Source of the DNA: Mantamonas sphyraenae STR306
Taxonomy: Eukaryota; Protista; CRuMs
Direction of reading: 5' to 3'
Assembly (NCBI GenBank): GCA_026936335.1
Contig: JAPMXV010000074.1
Coordinates: 124,001 to 188,000, forward strand
DNA: 64,000 bases
Shown here: positions 11,101-23,200 of the stretch, in pieces
Layout: each line of letters begins with the position of its first letter
Numbering within the stretch: the first letter of the stretch is position 1
The notes under the pieces: generated by a model
Database searches by the model: none
What the model saw: only the letters and a program-made list of their open reading frames with translations
Told to the model about the DNA's origin: nothing
Made by a program: the position numbers and the translations under genes

Positions 11101-13897
11101 CCAGCTGCCTCCTCGTCCACACCCTCGTAGAACGGGTTCAACGCACGCAACAGGCGACCCGTCACGTCCTCCTTGTCCCCGTGGCCGTCCACAAGCTGCA
11201 CCGCAACGCCCGCCTCACTCAGCGCCTCCAGCACACCCTCGCTGCTGGCCACGTATCCGTCCACATAGGCGTCCACAGGCGGGGTCACATTGCGAGCGGT
11301 GGCCTCCTTGACCATGCGCACACGCCGTTGCTTCTCCGTCTCCAGGGATCTCTGTGCCTCCTCGTCCACCGCACGCTTGCGCACGTGCATGGCCATGGTG
11401 AGTGGATCCAACACGAGGTCTTCCATGCGTGCCAGGATGCGGTCATCTGCACGCAGACCCACAACCACGTCGGGACGGAACAGCTCCAGCAGACGCGGCA
11501 CGCTCTCCTCGCTCTCGGGGAAGCCTGTGAGCAGGATGCGCTTGTTGCCAGCCAGCACAGTGCGCAGCTTCATGGCCAATGCTTCCATGAGCATGTCTTC
11601 GCTCAGAGCCTGGCCGCGGAACAGCGCGTCCATGGCAGCCGGATGCAGCACGTCGATGTCCTGCGCCACCTGGTGGGCACTGACCACTGTGTATGCCAGC
11701 TCCTTCTGCAGGATCTCGGCCTGTGTGTCCACGCCGGACAAGGGTGCACCCAGGAGCAGCACACGCGACGGCGTGTCCTGCACAAGCACGTCGGGCACGT
11801 CCATCAAGAAGGAACGCGGGCTGTCGATAAAGGCCTTTTGGGCGCTGAGGGTGGCACAGAAGTAGGCGTGGCCACAGTACTCCACGGGGTAGCTACCACG
11901 CACAAGTTGCCTCTTGTTCACCAGCGTCACGGGACAGAATCCCTTGTAGTTGCTCAGCCGCAACGGCACCTCGTACTCCTCCATCACAAACACAAAGATG
12001 GCCTCCACGTCACGCATCGCCGCTGTCTCTGCCTCCACCACCTCGCGTGCACGGTACGTTGGCTTGACAGCCTCTGGCTCCCTGGCGGCTGCTTCGTCCT
12101 CTTCCTCCTCCTCGTTCTCAGCAACGTTGTCCCCTTGTTCCGAGTAGCCGTCCTCCACCTCCTGACCATCCGTGACGACATCGTTGTCGCTTTGTGCGTG
12201 TTCGTCGTCCGTCTCGTGGTCCGTTTCGTGTTGTTCCTCGTTCTCCTCGCCCTCGTCCTGTTGTTCCTCATCGCCTGTCTCCTCGCCACCCACATTCTCC
12301 TCTTTGTCTGACTCTGCCTCCAATGTCTCCTCTTGCTTTGCGTCTCCCTCTTGACCCTCCTCCGTGGCAATGTCCGATTGCTCCTCCCCATCGTCTCCCT
12401 CCTCCTTCTCCTCGGTCTCCTCGGTCTCCTCGTTCTCTTCGTTCTCTTCCCTGTCCTCCTCCTGCTCCTCCTCCTCTTCGGGTTCATGCACCTCCTCCAC
12501 CTGGAAGTAGTCCACCAGGATGTCCAGGTCTTCCGGGAGCGGGATTGCGCGTGCACGTTGTACGGCCTGTACGCCGTCCAGCTGCACCAGCAACGAAGCA
12601 AGCATGCTCTCCTTGTCCATGACCCCCTGCACGTACACGTCGCGCATGGCGTGGAATGTGTTGAGCTTCTCCACCAGCGTCGCCGCCGCTGCGTTGGTCA
12701 CCGTGCTCGTGGGTGCCACCTTGACCAGTCGCTTGCGCAGTGTCTCAAACTCCTCTGGTCCCAGGTCCATCAGAGGCGAGTGGATGTACTCGGACAGGTC
12801 GCCCACAAAGTCATCCATGTTTTCCTGACTGAATGCCACGTCCAACTCCACTTCCGGTGCCTGCGCCGTCTCTTCCTCCTCCCCCTCCCCCACGCCTTGC
12901 TGTCCCTCTGCATACCCGTCTGCGCCCATCAAACTGTCCTGTGACGTGCGTCGCTGTCGTTTCTGTGTCCATGGGCCTGTGATGCGCCCTTCCTCGTCCA
13001 TTCCGGGCTCTTCCAACTCGCCCAGCTCCACCTTGCGTTCGTAGTCTGCTTTTTGACCCACCTCCACTGTGCGTCACCAGGGGGGCCGGGGGGGGGGAGG
13101 TGGCGTGTTAGTTCTCCACATGCCCTGCGTGCATTGTTGCTCTCTACCTGCGTATGTGGGATGTGTGGGATGGCCCTCTCTCTCCCCAAAACGTACAGTC
13201 TGTGTAGTGAGCCAGATCGACCGGGTCGACCCACGTCGATTCACGCTGCTGCTCTGCGTTCAGCACGTGCACCACAAACGTAGGTGGGTTGCTCCAATGC
13301 AACACCGTCTCTGCCTGCACCTTGCTGCATGGAAACTCGGACAGCACATAGCCTGTGTTCCCCCGTGTGCGCGTGTGCGTTTGCTGCGTCAGCCTTGGCC
13401 CGATGCAACGGTACAAAAATCGCGCCTGGCCCCAAGCCAGCACAAAAACCGCCATTGGCGAATGGACAACCGGATGGACAGGCATGGCATGGTCTGGTGG
13501 GTGTGTGTCTCCATGTGCACGTCCATGTGCACGTGTGCATGTGGGGACTGTGCCCATTGGGGGGGGGTGTGGCACACGGAAACGGGGGCCGCTTTCACTC
13601 ACCTGTGGAAAGCAAGCGCGGGTGTTTGCCGGCTTCATACAGCATGTCTGCGACATTGTCTTCGGTGACAACGCCACCGGCGTACAGGACATCCCTGCAG
13701 TGTGCGCTGACCTCTGTGTCCATGTCCAGGAGGAACTCAAAGGTGACTTCTGTGACGCCGAAGCGGTCGACCAGCAAGCCGACGAGGGGCTTGTTGGTCA
13801 CCACAGAACCACCCTCGATTAGGAACGAGGGTGGATTGAGACCACACTTGCGTCGCTGCTCCACCAAAAAGTTGTGATGGTCGGTGGATTTGAGCAT
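8148..13897 (-). CDS. AK9: Adenylate kinase 9 (multi-AK-domain, YHS-like, ciliary), 3 exons
   Basis: Exons 13897-13603, 13352-13197 and 13066-8148 have phase-consistent GT-AG introns (G|GTGAGT, T|GTACGT). Repeated AK P-loops (GAPLSG, GPSGSGKNT, GPPRSGRTT) alternate with YHS-like G(F/Y)CPV...F...P..Y modules. The C-terminus GYLEQAV...RPKYPFL...ALNLKAHNP is typical of AK9. Confidence 0.9.
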
Positions 13898-14039
13898 TCG
13901 TCGAGACACAAGCGAGTGCGGGTTTTCCTTTGTTTGGTTCGGCCCGGGGGGGAAAGGCAAAACGCGATGGTGCAGTGCAATGAAAGGAGGCGGTGAAAAG
14001 CACATTATCATTTCGAAAATGTCATCATCATCATCATCA

Positions 14040-15673
14040 TCAGAGCATGAGGATGGACGAGGCGATGGTGCTGACCACAGCGACCAGGGCGACAGCCATC
14101 TTGAGACCCGGAGCGGCGGCATCCCACATGATGTCGTAGGTGACATCGTTCTTGGCGAGGGCGCGGAACCAGTACTTGTTCACGGGGGTCCAGTGCGACA
14201 CAATGCCATACACGTAGGGCGGGTCGTTGTTGAAGCGATCCACGGCGTTCTGCTTGCCGCGTGCATCCACACCCAGGTAGTCGCAGGCACCCACGTGGTT
14301 GTACACGGCGGCGGCCGGGCAGTTGAGCGAGGTGGCGGAACGGGCGCCGGGCAGCGTGTTGTTGCGCACGTACAGTCCCTTGAGGGGCAGGTTGGTGGCA
14401 CTGTAGGCCGAGTTGGCCTTGATGGGCATCGTCATGTTGAATGCAGAGTCCTTCACCGTGTTGTCGTAGTAGTAGAACTTGGACTGGTCGGTCTTGAGCA
14501 TGATGTTCGACAGAGTCATCTTGCCCTTGGTCAGCAGAGCGTTCTCTGTGAGGAGGGAGGGAGGGAGGGAGGGAGGGAGGGAGGGAGTGGGTGACATCCG
14601 GCGGGGGATTGGGTGGTGTGTGTTAGCGGCATGAGAAGAGGGGAGAACGGGGGGGGGGAAAGGGTGGGGAGAGGAGGTGTGGCAAGAAGCATAAGCGTAC
14701 CCTGGTTCACTGTGTACTTGACATCGCCGTTGGAGACCGGGCGGAAGTGCACCACATACTGTCCGGTGCTGGGCCTGGCGTCCGCAGCGGTGTGGATGAG
14801 GTAGTAGGTGACACCACCGACACCCGAGGTGGGGGTGGTGGCAAATGCAGCGCCGGTCGGGTTGACATCCACCTGCACGGGCACATCAGTGGAGATCTGT
14901 GCGGTCAAACGGCGCCCGAGGTGTCAGCGAACAGGCGATGGTTCCAATTCGGAGGGTGCCAGCAGCAGCCAACCACCAGCCACAGAGAGGGACCCAAGAT
15001 CCAAGATGTGTGCCACACACCCACGCATAGGTACAGCCAACATGCGTAGCATATGCAACACCACATGGCGTGGGGCGGGGGACGTGTGGAAGCAAGGTGG
15101 GCAGGTCCGGGACGCGCGCCGCATGTTCCTCGGACCCGGAAATACCTACCTCGACGTTGTAGTACTGGTCATCCATGGTCACAGTCACCGACGCACTTGT
15201 AGTGGTGGTCAGGCCAGTGGCGGTGTTCGAGATGGAGGTACCACGTGCAGCTGCAGGCGTGAGAACGGGAGAGGAGTGTCAGCGGGAGGGAAAAAGCTCA
15301 GGTTGGGGAACGGCCCAAGGGAGACGATGGCCGACGAGGTGCCTAATCGATTGCCAGACAGGCCACAGCCACCATGGGATCATGGATTCCATACGTGTGT
15401 GCGCACATGCATGTGTACATGCGTGGGATACCGCGTACGTGGCTGTGGCATCCCTGCATGCGTGTGTGGGAGCGACGCAAGCAAGAGGCCGGGCGATTGG
15501 GCTGCGCGAGGCGCGGGTCACCGAGTTTGCGCTCGAAACGGGAAACAAGGGACCCACGCGTGCATCAACGTGGGCATGGGCATCAAGCTTGTGCACACAG
15601 ACACAATGGAATGGCACTGACCAATGGCAGAGACGCAAAGCAGGAGCACAAGCGCAGCAAGGATGATACGCAT
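14040..15673 (-). CDS. Secreted, probably GPI-anchored surface protein of unknown family, 4 exons
   Basis: Exons 15673-15622 (signal peptide MRIILAALVLLLCVSAI), 15250-15150, 14896-14701 and 14545-14040, all joined by phase-compatible GT-AG introns. The C-terminus DAAAPGLKMAVALVAVVSTIASSILML* resembles a GPI signal. Confidence 0.75.
14551..14587. repeat. (GGGA)n intronic microsatellite / polypyrimidine tract on minus strand
   Basis: aggagggagggagggaggga... lies just upstream of the acceptor of exon 4. Confidence 0.7.
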
Positions 15674-15856
15674 GGTTGGAGAAAGAGTGCCGAGTTTGGT
15701 TGGCGCCGCGGCGGACACACCTTTCCGCCCCTGTTTGCCTGTGATTGGGGCTCGCACACACACACAGACACACACACACATACACACGCATCCAGACACA
15801 TACACACGCAAACACACACATCACTGGCAACATTGCATAAAAAAAAGAATCACGTC

Positions 15857-17737
15857 ATGAGCAGAGGGCGAAGCGACACGGAGCTCAACAACGAGCTGGA
15901 CAAACTGTTGATGACCACGGCCGACTCGTTGTCGGAGAAACGGAACAACCAGAAGATGATCGACTCGATGATGAACATGGAAAGTCCACGGGACCACAGC
16001 ATGAGGGGAAAGAGAAGCGCAGCACGCGACTCGCTGGGCAGCGGCGGCAGCAGCACGAGCAGCAGGAGTGCCAAGGACAAAACCAAGCAGATGAACGATT
16101 TGGACGGCGCACTCAATGCCCTGCTCTCGCAGCTGGACGACATCATCGAGGGCACCACAACCACCATTCCCAGCACAGATATCACCCCGGCTGACTCGTC
16201 CACCGAGCATTCCACGCTCACCTCACCGGGCAGCGAGCCGGAGGACAAAAGCGGTGAGAAGGAGGCGGAGGAGGAGGAAGGGCAGAAAATTGTGCTAGAT
16301 ACCGCTCAGGTCGAATCGACCCAGGAGCACAACCAGGAGGAGGAACACAGTCAGAACGAAGACGAGGGAGGCGATGACGACGATGCGCCTCCTGTGCCTC
16401 CTCCTCGCACCACTGTGACCCCCAGCACGTCGCAGGAGGAGCTGGCAAAGGCTGAGGCGGGGACGACCCAGACAACGGAAGACGAGGAAGAAACGCCGCC
16501 TGTGCCTCCTCCAAGGGCTTCCTCTCGTCCTGTGGACGAGGACATGGATGGCAGTGACGTGGCCACACAATTGGACACTGCACAGCCTATCGCTGATGCA
16601 GAGGCAGGGCGTGGTGCAGGCGGAGGCGGCGGGAAGGGAACGGTGCCTTTGCTGAATCTCTCTCCCCTCGGCCTCGGCGGCAGCGGCATGGACGACATCC
16701 AGAGCATGCCACTCCCTGTTCCACCGCAAGACCAGGGTGCCACCGACGCCGACACCACCAGCAACACCACCACGACTGCCGCTGTGGTGACAGCGGAGGC
16801 AGGGGCAGGGGCAGGGGCTGAGAAGGTGCAGGCGGGATCACCAAAGGTCGTCACCGCACAAACACCCCCGGAACAGGAAGACACGCAGCAGGAATTGAAT
16901 GGAAAGGAGGAAGCAAGTGTGGATGAGGAGGAGGCAGACGGGGAGATGACTGCTCCAACCGCAGCTGCACCCACTCTTTTGTCCACAGGCACGTCAGCAT
17001 CAGCATCAGCATCAACATCAACATCAACATCGCCATCAGCATCAGCGTCGTCGTCGCCTGTGCCATCGCAACCTTCATCACCCACTGCAGAGGCATCGTC
17101 CTCGTCTTCTTCCTCCGCGTCTTCCTCTTCCTCCTCATCGTCATCGTCATCATCGTCATCATCATCAGTCATGCAAGGAGGTGGAAACAAGCTGGACAAG
17201 AGCAAGTTTGCAAACCTGAACATGACCCTGGGGCAGCCGCAGGGGATCCAGAGGTTCAGGCGAAACACGGCGGTGGAGGAGGGACGACCCGACCCGACCA
17301 AGGTTGTGTTTCAGGGCCAGATGAAGAAACAGGGAGGCTCACGGGGAGGCTATCGCAACTGGAAGCGACGCTTCTTTGATCTGCAGGACCAGGAGTTGCG
17401 CTACTTTGACAAGAAGAAGGATTGGGCAAACAACAAAAAGACGCTGGGCAAGCTGACGCTTGTGGGAGCCACCATCAACGAGGGCAAGGAGCACTGTGGC
17501 AAGAAGTTGAGTGTACAGATTATCACCATCGACCGACCCAACCCCTTCTACGTCGTCTGCGACAACCAACGCGACTACGAAGGCTGGCTCGAAGCCCTGC
17601 GCAACGCAGCCTTTCGCGAAGTCAAGATACTCAGCAGCGCCACAGGCAAGCGAGGACGACCCAAGAAGCGAGCACCTGCACGACGTGGACGCAATGCCCT
17701 CAATGCAGCCAAGGCAGTGGCCAAGGAGGATGAATGA
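15857..17737 (+). CDS. PH-domain protein with disordered Pro/Ser/acidic N-terminus
   Basis: C-terminal PH domain: VFQGQMKKQGG...NWKRRFFDLQDQELRYF...LGKLTL...FYVVCDNQRDYEGWLEALRNA. PPVPPPR motifs resemble SH3 ligands. ATG at 15857. Confidence 0.85.
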   Translation: MSRGRSDTELNNELDKLLMTTADSLSEKRNNQKMIDSMMNMESPRDHSMRGKRSAARDSLGSGGSSTSSRSAKDKTKQMNDLDGALNALLSQLDDIIEGTTTTIPSTDITPADSSTEHSTLTSPGSEPEDKSGEKEAEEEEGQKIVLDTAQVESTQEHNQEEEHSQNEDEGGDDDDAPPVPPPRTTVTPSTSQEELAKAEAGTTQTTEDEEETPPVPPPRASSRPVDEDMDGSDVATQLDTAQPIADAEAGRGAGGGGGKGTVPLLNLSPLGLGGSGMDDIQSMPLPVPPQDQGATDADTTSNTTTTAAVVTAEAGAGAGAEKVQAGSPKVVTAQTPPEQEDTQQELNGKEEASVDEEEADGEMTAPTAAAPTLLSTGTSASASASTSTSTSPSASASSSPVPSQPSSPTAEASSSSSSSASSSSSSSSSSSSSSSSVMQGGGNKLDKSKFANLNMTLGQPQGIQRFRRNTAVEEGRPDPTKVVFQGQMKKQGGSRGGYRNWKRRFFDLQDQELRYFDKKKDWANNKKTLGKLTLVGATINEGKEHCGKKLSVQIITIDRPNPFYVVCDNQRDYEGWLEALRNAAFREVKILSSATGKRGRPKKRAPARRGRNALNAAKAVAKEDE

Positions 17738-17780
17738 AGAATGAAGGATGGGCAACCCCTTGCGCGTGTCTCCATTGGGG

Positions 17781-18854
17781 TCACTCATCGGAATCGGTGA
17801 CCATGTCCAGATGCAATTGTGAAAAGTCGTCCTCAATGTGCCACTGTTGGATGCTGTTGGCAAAGGAGGCGGTGTAGAAGTGGCCAGCATGGTCTGGAGC
17901 ACGTGAGATGCTTGTGACGCCTCCATAGGCCGAGGGAAGGGTATACTCGGCCATGAGAGAGCCATTGTCCTCATTCCAGGCCTTGACGGAACCATCCTTG
18001 GCGCCACTGAGCACCACACGCTCGCCATGCTCGTTGAGAAGGAAACAGCAGGCCTGGGCAGCCTGGCTGTGACCCTCCATTTCCAACAACTCCTTCTGAG
18101 TGCGCAAATCAAACAGTTTCACCTCACAGCCAGCGCCATCAAAGCCATTGTGTGCAGTGCACAGGGTGAAGCCGTCGGAGGCGACGTCGAGGCAGCGCAC
18201 AATGTTGCCACCGCTGCGAAACTTCATGGCCTCCTGTTGGGAGCGAAGGTCCCACACACGCAGGTTGAGGTCTTCACTGCTCTGTGCCACCTGCTGTTCA
18301 TCATACATACACACCCAAGTGACCAGGTTGCGGAGGATGGATTGACTCCACAACTCCAGACCCGACTCCACGTCCCACAACCGCACACTGTTGTCACGGC
18401 TTCCACTGACCATGCGATCGCCTGCCGTGTTGCAATCCAATGATGCCACTCCCAGTTCGTGTCCTGTGAACATCTGTGCCGGTTGTGGTGCTTGGGTGTT
18501 GTTGCTGCTGTTGCTGCTGTTGCCACCCACGCGCCAAAACGCACACTGATGGTCCCTGGAGCCTGTGAAGAAGCCACTGCTGTCCGCCATGGCGGCTATA
18601 CTGCTCACACTGTTGCTGTGTGCCTTGTAGGACGAGTCCACCTTGCCCTCCACCCAGTCAAACAGCTGCACGGCGCTGTCCTCCCCTCCGCTCACCGTGC
18701 GGCCGTCGTTCAGCCCGCTCACCGCAAACACAGGCTCCGTATGTACAGACGGGAGCACTGTGTATGACAACCCTGCCCCCGGGGAAGATGACGATGATGA
18801 CGTCTCACCCCCCGTGGTGTATACATGGGTGCGACGTGAGCAGAGATTGCCCAT
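17781..18854 (-). CDS. WDR31: WD40 repeat protein WDR31-like, with myristoylation/palmitoylation-type N-terminus MGNLCS
   Basis: WD repeats with WDR31-like segments SRDNSVRLWDV, RNLVTWV, QSSEDLNLRVWDLR and NGFDGAGCEVKLFDLR. ATG at 18854. Confidence 0.8.
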   Translation of the reverse strand: MGNLCSRRTHVYTTGGETSSSSSSPGAGLSYTVLPSVHTEPVFAVSGLNDGRTVSGGEDSAVQLFDWVEGKVDSSYKAHSNSVSSIAAMADSSGFFTGSRDHQCAFWRVGGNSSNSSNNTQAPQPAQMFTGHELGVASLDCNTAGDRMVSGSRDNSVRLWDVESGLELWSQSILRNLVTWVCMYDEQQVAQSSEDLNLRVWDLRSQQEAMKFRSGGNIVRCLDVASDGFTLCTAHNGFDGAGCEVKLFDLRTQKELLEMEGHSQAAQACCFLLNEHGERVVLSGAKDGSVKAWNEDNGSLMAEYTLPSAYGGVTSISRAPDHAGHFYTASFANSIQQWHIEDDFSQLHLDMVTDSDE

Positions 18855-18943
18855 AGTGGGGGTGTGAGTGTGCGAGAGATGGGTTTGGTGGCACGGCGTC
18901 GCCAGCCATGCCAGCGATTCCTGTGTGTGGTGTGTGTGTTGCG

Positions 18944-20194
18944 ATGTCATCATCATCCTCCTCCTCCTCATCCTCCTCATCCTCCTCCTCCACATCGTCA
19001 TCGTCAGGGCCGTCGTCACCAGAGGCATCCTCGTCTGTGGGGGGGCAGAAGCAGGCGGGTGGTGGAGATGGCTGGGTCAAAGACAAGGAGGAGCAGCTGC
19101 GACAATTGCTGCTCCCGTCTGGTTCGGGACAGTTTACAGTGGATGTGGAACGAGTGAGGAAACTGTGTGTGTCGCAAGGGGGCCTGTTGGATGTACGCTT
19201 CCGACGTGTGGGCTGGCCTGTGTTGCTGGGCCTCTCGCCAGGATCGGGCAAGGGACCGCTGCACTGTGCCAAGGGCGACCGAGACTATGACCAAATCGAA
19301 CGGGATGTGGTGCGGTCGATGTGGCACATCCAGGACGCCAGTGAACGACGCAGACAACGCAGGCAACTGGCTGCCATTGTACACAGCATTGTCAAGGCCA
19401 ACCCGCAGGCCCATTACTACCAGGGTTTCCACGACCTGTGCATTGTCCTCTTTGCCAACTGCGAGTACAAAGACGCGTATCAGATTGCCCTGCGTATGTC
19501 CAGGGGCCACCTGGCCTGTGTCATGGCCGAGGACTTTCGCTATGTGCAAACCATGCTGGACAACGTGCTGCCACTGCTCCAACACGCCGATCGGGAGCTG
19601 TGGGCGTTTCTGGAGCAACACAACACAATGCCCCACTTTAGCATTGCGTGGATCATCACCTGGTTTGCCCACTCACTCGAGGACACCCGCGTGGTGGCTC
19701 GCATCTTTGACTTTCTCCTTGCCTCTCCTCCGCTGGCTCCCCTATACATGAGTGTGGCTCTGCTGGTCGAACGTAGGGACGGCATCATGGCCTCTGCCTA
19801 TGGGGATGATGCCATGGATGGCAATCTGCTCCCCGTCATGCTCAAGCTGCCCGTGCACATGCCCGACGTCGAGGCCGTGTTGCAACGCACGCACAAGCTC
19901 CTCAACGAGGTGGATGTGGCCCAGTTGCAGAAGCTGAGTGGCGTCTCTTTGGGAGAGGAGGATTGTGCCCTCTTTACGTATCCGTATGCATGGATGCAAG
20001 ACAGCGTCGAGGTGGAAGGGAGCTTGATCAAACTCACCCAGGCTGGGAAGCGCCGTGAGATGCACACTGGACGCAAAATGGGTGGGGTGCACATTGGCAA
20101 GGACATGCAAGAAGTGTTGGTGTTGCTGTCGGTGTTGGTGGCTATGGGAATGGTGTGGATCTGGGCGACATTGTCGAGACGTACATCAATGTGA
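18944..20194 (+). CDS. TBC1D20: Rab-GAP TBC domain protein, TBC1D20/Gyp8 type, C-terminal transmembrane anchor
   Basis: GGLL..RFRRVGWPVLL, QIERDVVRS (IxxDxxR), HYYQGFHD (YxQ), PHFSIAWIITWFAH, PLAPLYMSVA and a hydrophobic C-terminal tail. Confidence 0.88.
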   Translation: MSSSSSSSSSSSSSSSTSSSSGPSSPEASSSVGGQKQAGGGDGWVKDKEEQLRQLLLPSGSGQFTVDVERVRKLCVSQGGLLDVRFRRVGWPVLLGLSPGSGKGPLHCAKGDRDYDQIERDVVRSMWHIQDASERRRQRRQLAAIVHSIVKANPQAHYYQGFHDLCIVLFANCEYKDAYQIALRMSRGHLACVMAEDFRYVQTMLDNVLPLLQHADRELWAFLEQHNTMPHFSIAWIITWFAHSLEDTRVVARIFDFLLASPPLAPLYMSVALLVERRDGIMASAYGDDAMDGNLLPVMLKLPVHMPDVEAVLQRTHKLLNEVDVAQLQKLSGVSLGEEDCALFTYPYAWMQDSVEVEGSLIKLTQAGKRREMHTGRKMGGVHIGKDMQEVLVLLSVLVAMGMVWIWATLSRRTSM

Positions 20195-20206
20195 ATTTGT
20201 TTGTCG

Positions 20207-23200
20207 TCACGCTGTGTCTGTGCTTGCCTTTGCTGCTTCCAGCTCCTCTTCAAGTGATTTGATCTTGGCTTCTAGTTCAGCGGACTGTGCCTGCAGTTGT
20301 GCGGAGGCCTCCTTCTCCTTCTCGAGCTTGCCTTGTTGCTCAGCCAATGCTTCTTCCTTCTCCTTCTCCAGCTTGCTCTGCAACGCAGCAAGTGCATCCT
20401 CGTGAGCTTTCTTGATCTCAGCTTCGTTGTCACCGTGCTGTGATGCCATCTGCTTCTGCTGCTCAGCCAATGCATCCTCCTTCTCCTTCTCCAGCTTGCC
20501 ATGCTGCTCAGCCAATGCTTCTTCCTTCTCCTTCTCCAGTTTGCCTTGCTGCTCAGCCAATGCTTCTTCCTTCTCCTTCTCAAGCTTGCCATGCTGCTCA
20601 GCCAATGCATCTTCCTTCTCCTTCTCAAGCTTGCTCTGCAACGCAGCAAGTGCATCCTCGTGAGCTTTCTTGATCTCAGCTTCGTTGTCACCGTGCTGTG
20701 ATGCCATCTGCTTCTGCTGCTCAGCCAATGCATCCTCCTTCTCCTTCTCCAGCTTGCCTTGCTGCTCAGCCAATGCTTCTTCCTTCTCCTTCTCAAGCTT
20801 GCTCTGCAACGCAGCAAGTGCATCTTCGTGAGCTTTCTTGATCTCAGCTTCGTTGTCACCGTGCTGTGATGCCATCTGCTTCTGCTGCTCAGCCAATGCA
20901 TCCTCCTTCTCCTTCTCCAGTTTGCCTTGCTGCTCAGCCAATGCTTCTTCCTTCTCCTTCTCCAGCTTGCCATGCTGCTCAGCCAATGCATCCTCCTTCT
21001 CCTTCTCCAGTTTGCCTTGCTGCTCAGCCAATGCTTCTTCCTTCTCCTTCTCAAGCTTGCTCTGCAACGCAGCAAGTGCATCCTCGTGAGCTTTCTTGAT
21101 CTCAGCTTCGTTGTCACCGTGCTGTGATGCCATCTGCTTCTGCTGCTCAGCCAATGCATCCTCCTTCTCCTTCTCCAGCTTGCCTTGCTGCTCAGCCAAT
21201 GCTTCTTCCTTCTCCTTCTCAAGCTTGCTCTGCAACGCAGCAAGTGCATCTTCGTGAGCTTTCTTGATCTCAGCTTCGTTGTCACCGTGCTGTGATGCCA
21301 TCTGCTTCTGCTGCTCAGCCAATGCATCCTCCTTCTCCTTCTCCAGTTTGCCTTGCTGCTCAGCCAATGCTTCTTCCTTCTCCTTCTCAAGCTTGCCTTG
21401 TTGCTCAGCAAGTGCATCCTCCCTCTCCTTTGTCATGGTCTCCTTCTGCTCAGCGAGCGCATCCTCACGCTCCTTTGTCATGGTCTCCTTCTGCTCAGCC
21501 AGTGCATCCTCTCGCTCTTTGGTCATCTTCCCGTGCTGCTCGGCAAGTGCATCCTCCCTTTCCTTCGTCATCTTCCCATGCTGCTCAGCCAGTGCATCCT
21601 CCCTTTCCTTCGTCATCTTCTCGTGCTGCTCGGCAAGTGCATCCTCCCTTTCCTTCGTCATCTTCTCGTGCTGCTCGGCAAGTGCATCCTCACGCTCCTT
21701 TGTCATCTTCCCATGCTGCTCAGCCAGTGCATCCTCCCTCTCCTTTGTCATCTTCCCATGCTGCTCAGCGAGCGCATCCTCACGCTCCTTTGTCATCTTC
21801 CCATGCTGCTCGGCAAGTGCATCCTCCCTCTCCTTTGTCATCTTCCCATGCTGCTCAGCCAGTGCATCCTCCCTCTCCTTTGTCATCTTCCCATGCTGCT
21901 CAGCGAGCGCATCCTCACGCTCCTTCGTCATCTTCCCGTGCTGCTCGGCAAGTGCATCCTCACGCTCCTTCGTCATCTTCCCATGCTGCTCAGCCAGTGC
22001 ATCCTCCCTCTCCTTTGTCATCTTCCCATGCTGCTCAGCGAGCGCATCCTCACGCTCCTTTGTCATCTTCCCATGCTGCTCGGCAAGTGCATCCTCCCTC
22101 TCCTTTGTCATCTTCCCATGCTGCTCAGCCAGTGCATCCTCCCTCTCCTTTGTCATCTTCCCATGCTGCTCAGCGAGCGCATCCTCACGCTCCTTCGTCA
22201 TCTTCCCGTGCTGCTCGGCAAGTGCATCCTCACGCTCCTTCGTCATCTTTTCGTGCTGCTCGGCAAGTGCGTCACCTCCTTCCTTGCTCAAGGTTTTGTT
22301 CAGTTGAGCAAGCGCATCCTCTCGCTCTTTTGTCATGGTCTCCTTCTGCTCAGCCAGAGCATCCTCCCTTTCCTTTGTCATCTTCTCGTGCTGCTCAGCC
22401 AGTGCATCCTCCCTTTCCTTCGTCATCTTCTCGTGCTGCTCGGCAAGTGCATCCTCCCTTTCCTTCGTCATCTTTCCATGCTGCTCAGCCAGTGCATCCT
22501 CCCTCTCCTTCGTCATCTTCTCGTGCTGCTCGGCAAGTGCATCCTCCCTTTCCTTCGTCATCTTTCCATGCTGCTCAGCCAGTGCATCCTCCCTCTCCTT
22601 CGTCATCTTCTCGTGCTGCTCAGCCAGTGCATCCTCCCTTTCCTTCGTCATCTTTCCATGCTGCTCAGCCAGTGCATCCTCCCTTTCCTTCGTCATCTTC
22701 TCGTGCTGCTCAGCCAGTGCATCCTCCCTCTCCTTTGTCATCTTCCCATGCTGCTCAGCCAGTGCATCCTCCCTCTCCTTTGTCATCTTCCCATGCTGCT
22801 CAGCAAGCGCATCCTCCCTCTCCTTTGTCATCTTCTGCTCCTGAGCATCCAAATCACCAACACGACGCTTCTCCTGTGCACTCAAATCCTCCCACGACTT
22901 CTGTCGCACGTTCACCACCTCTTGCACCAGCTTGGCGCTTTCCTCGCTCACAGTCGCCACCATCCTGCTTGCGTTGGCCAGCTCCTCCTGCAATTCCTCC
23001 ATCACCCCCCTGCTGCTCGACAACACACTCTGCACCGCCTCTGCACTCTCTTTCTGCGCCTCTATGTGCTTCACCGTCTCGTCCCAACCGCTCATCACCT
23101 GCACAACCTCTTCCCGAAGTCCTTCCACCTCCAAAGTGCTCCTCACGCGTTCTTCCTGCATCGTCCTCATCTGCTTCACCATCGCCTCCATCTCCCCACA

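Noticed and set aside
21400-22845. CRISPR-like regular repeat
   Set aside because: The units are contiguous with no unique spacers, lie in frame within a eukaryotic CDS, and no cas genes are present.
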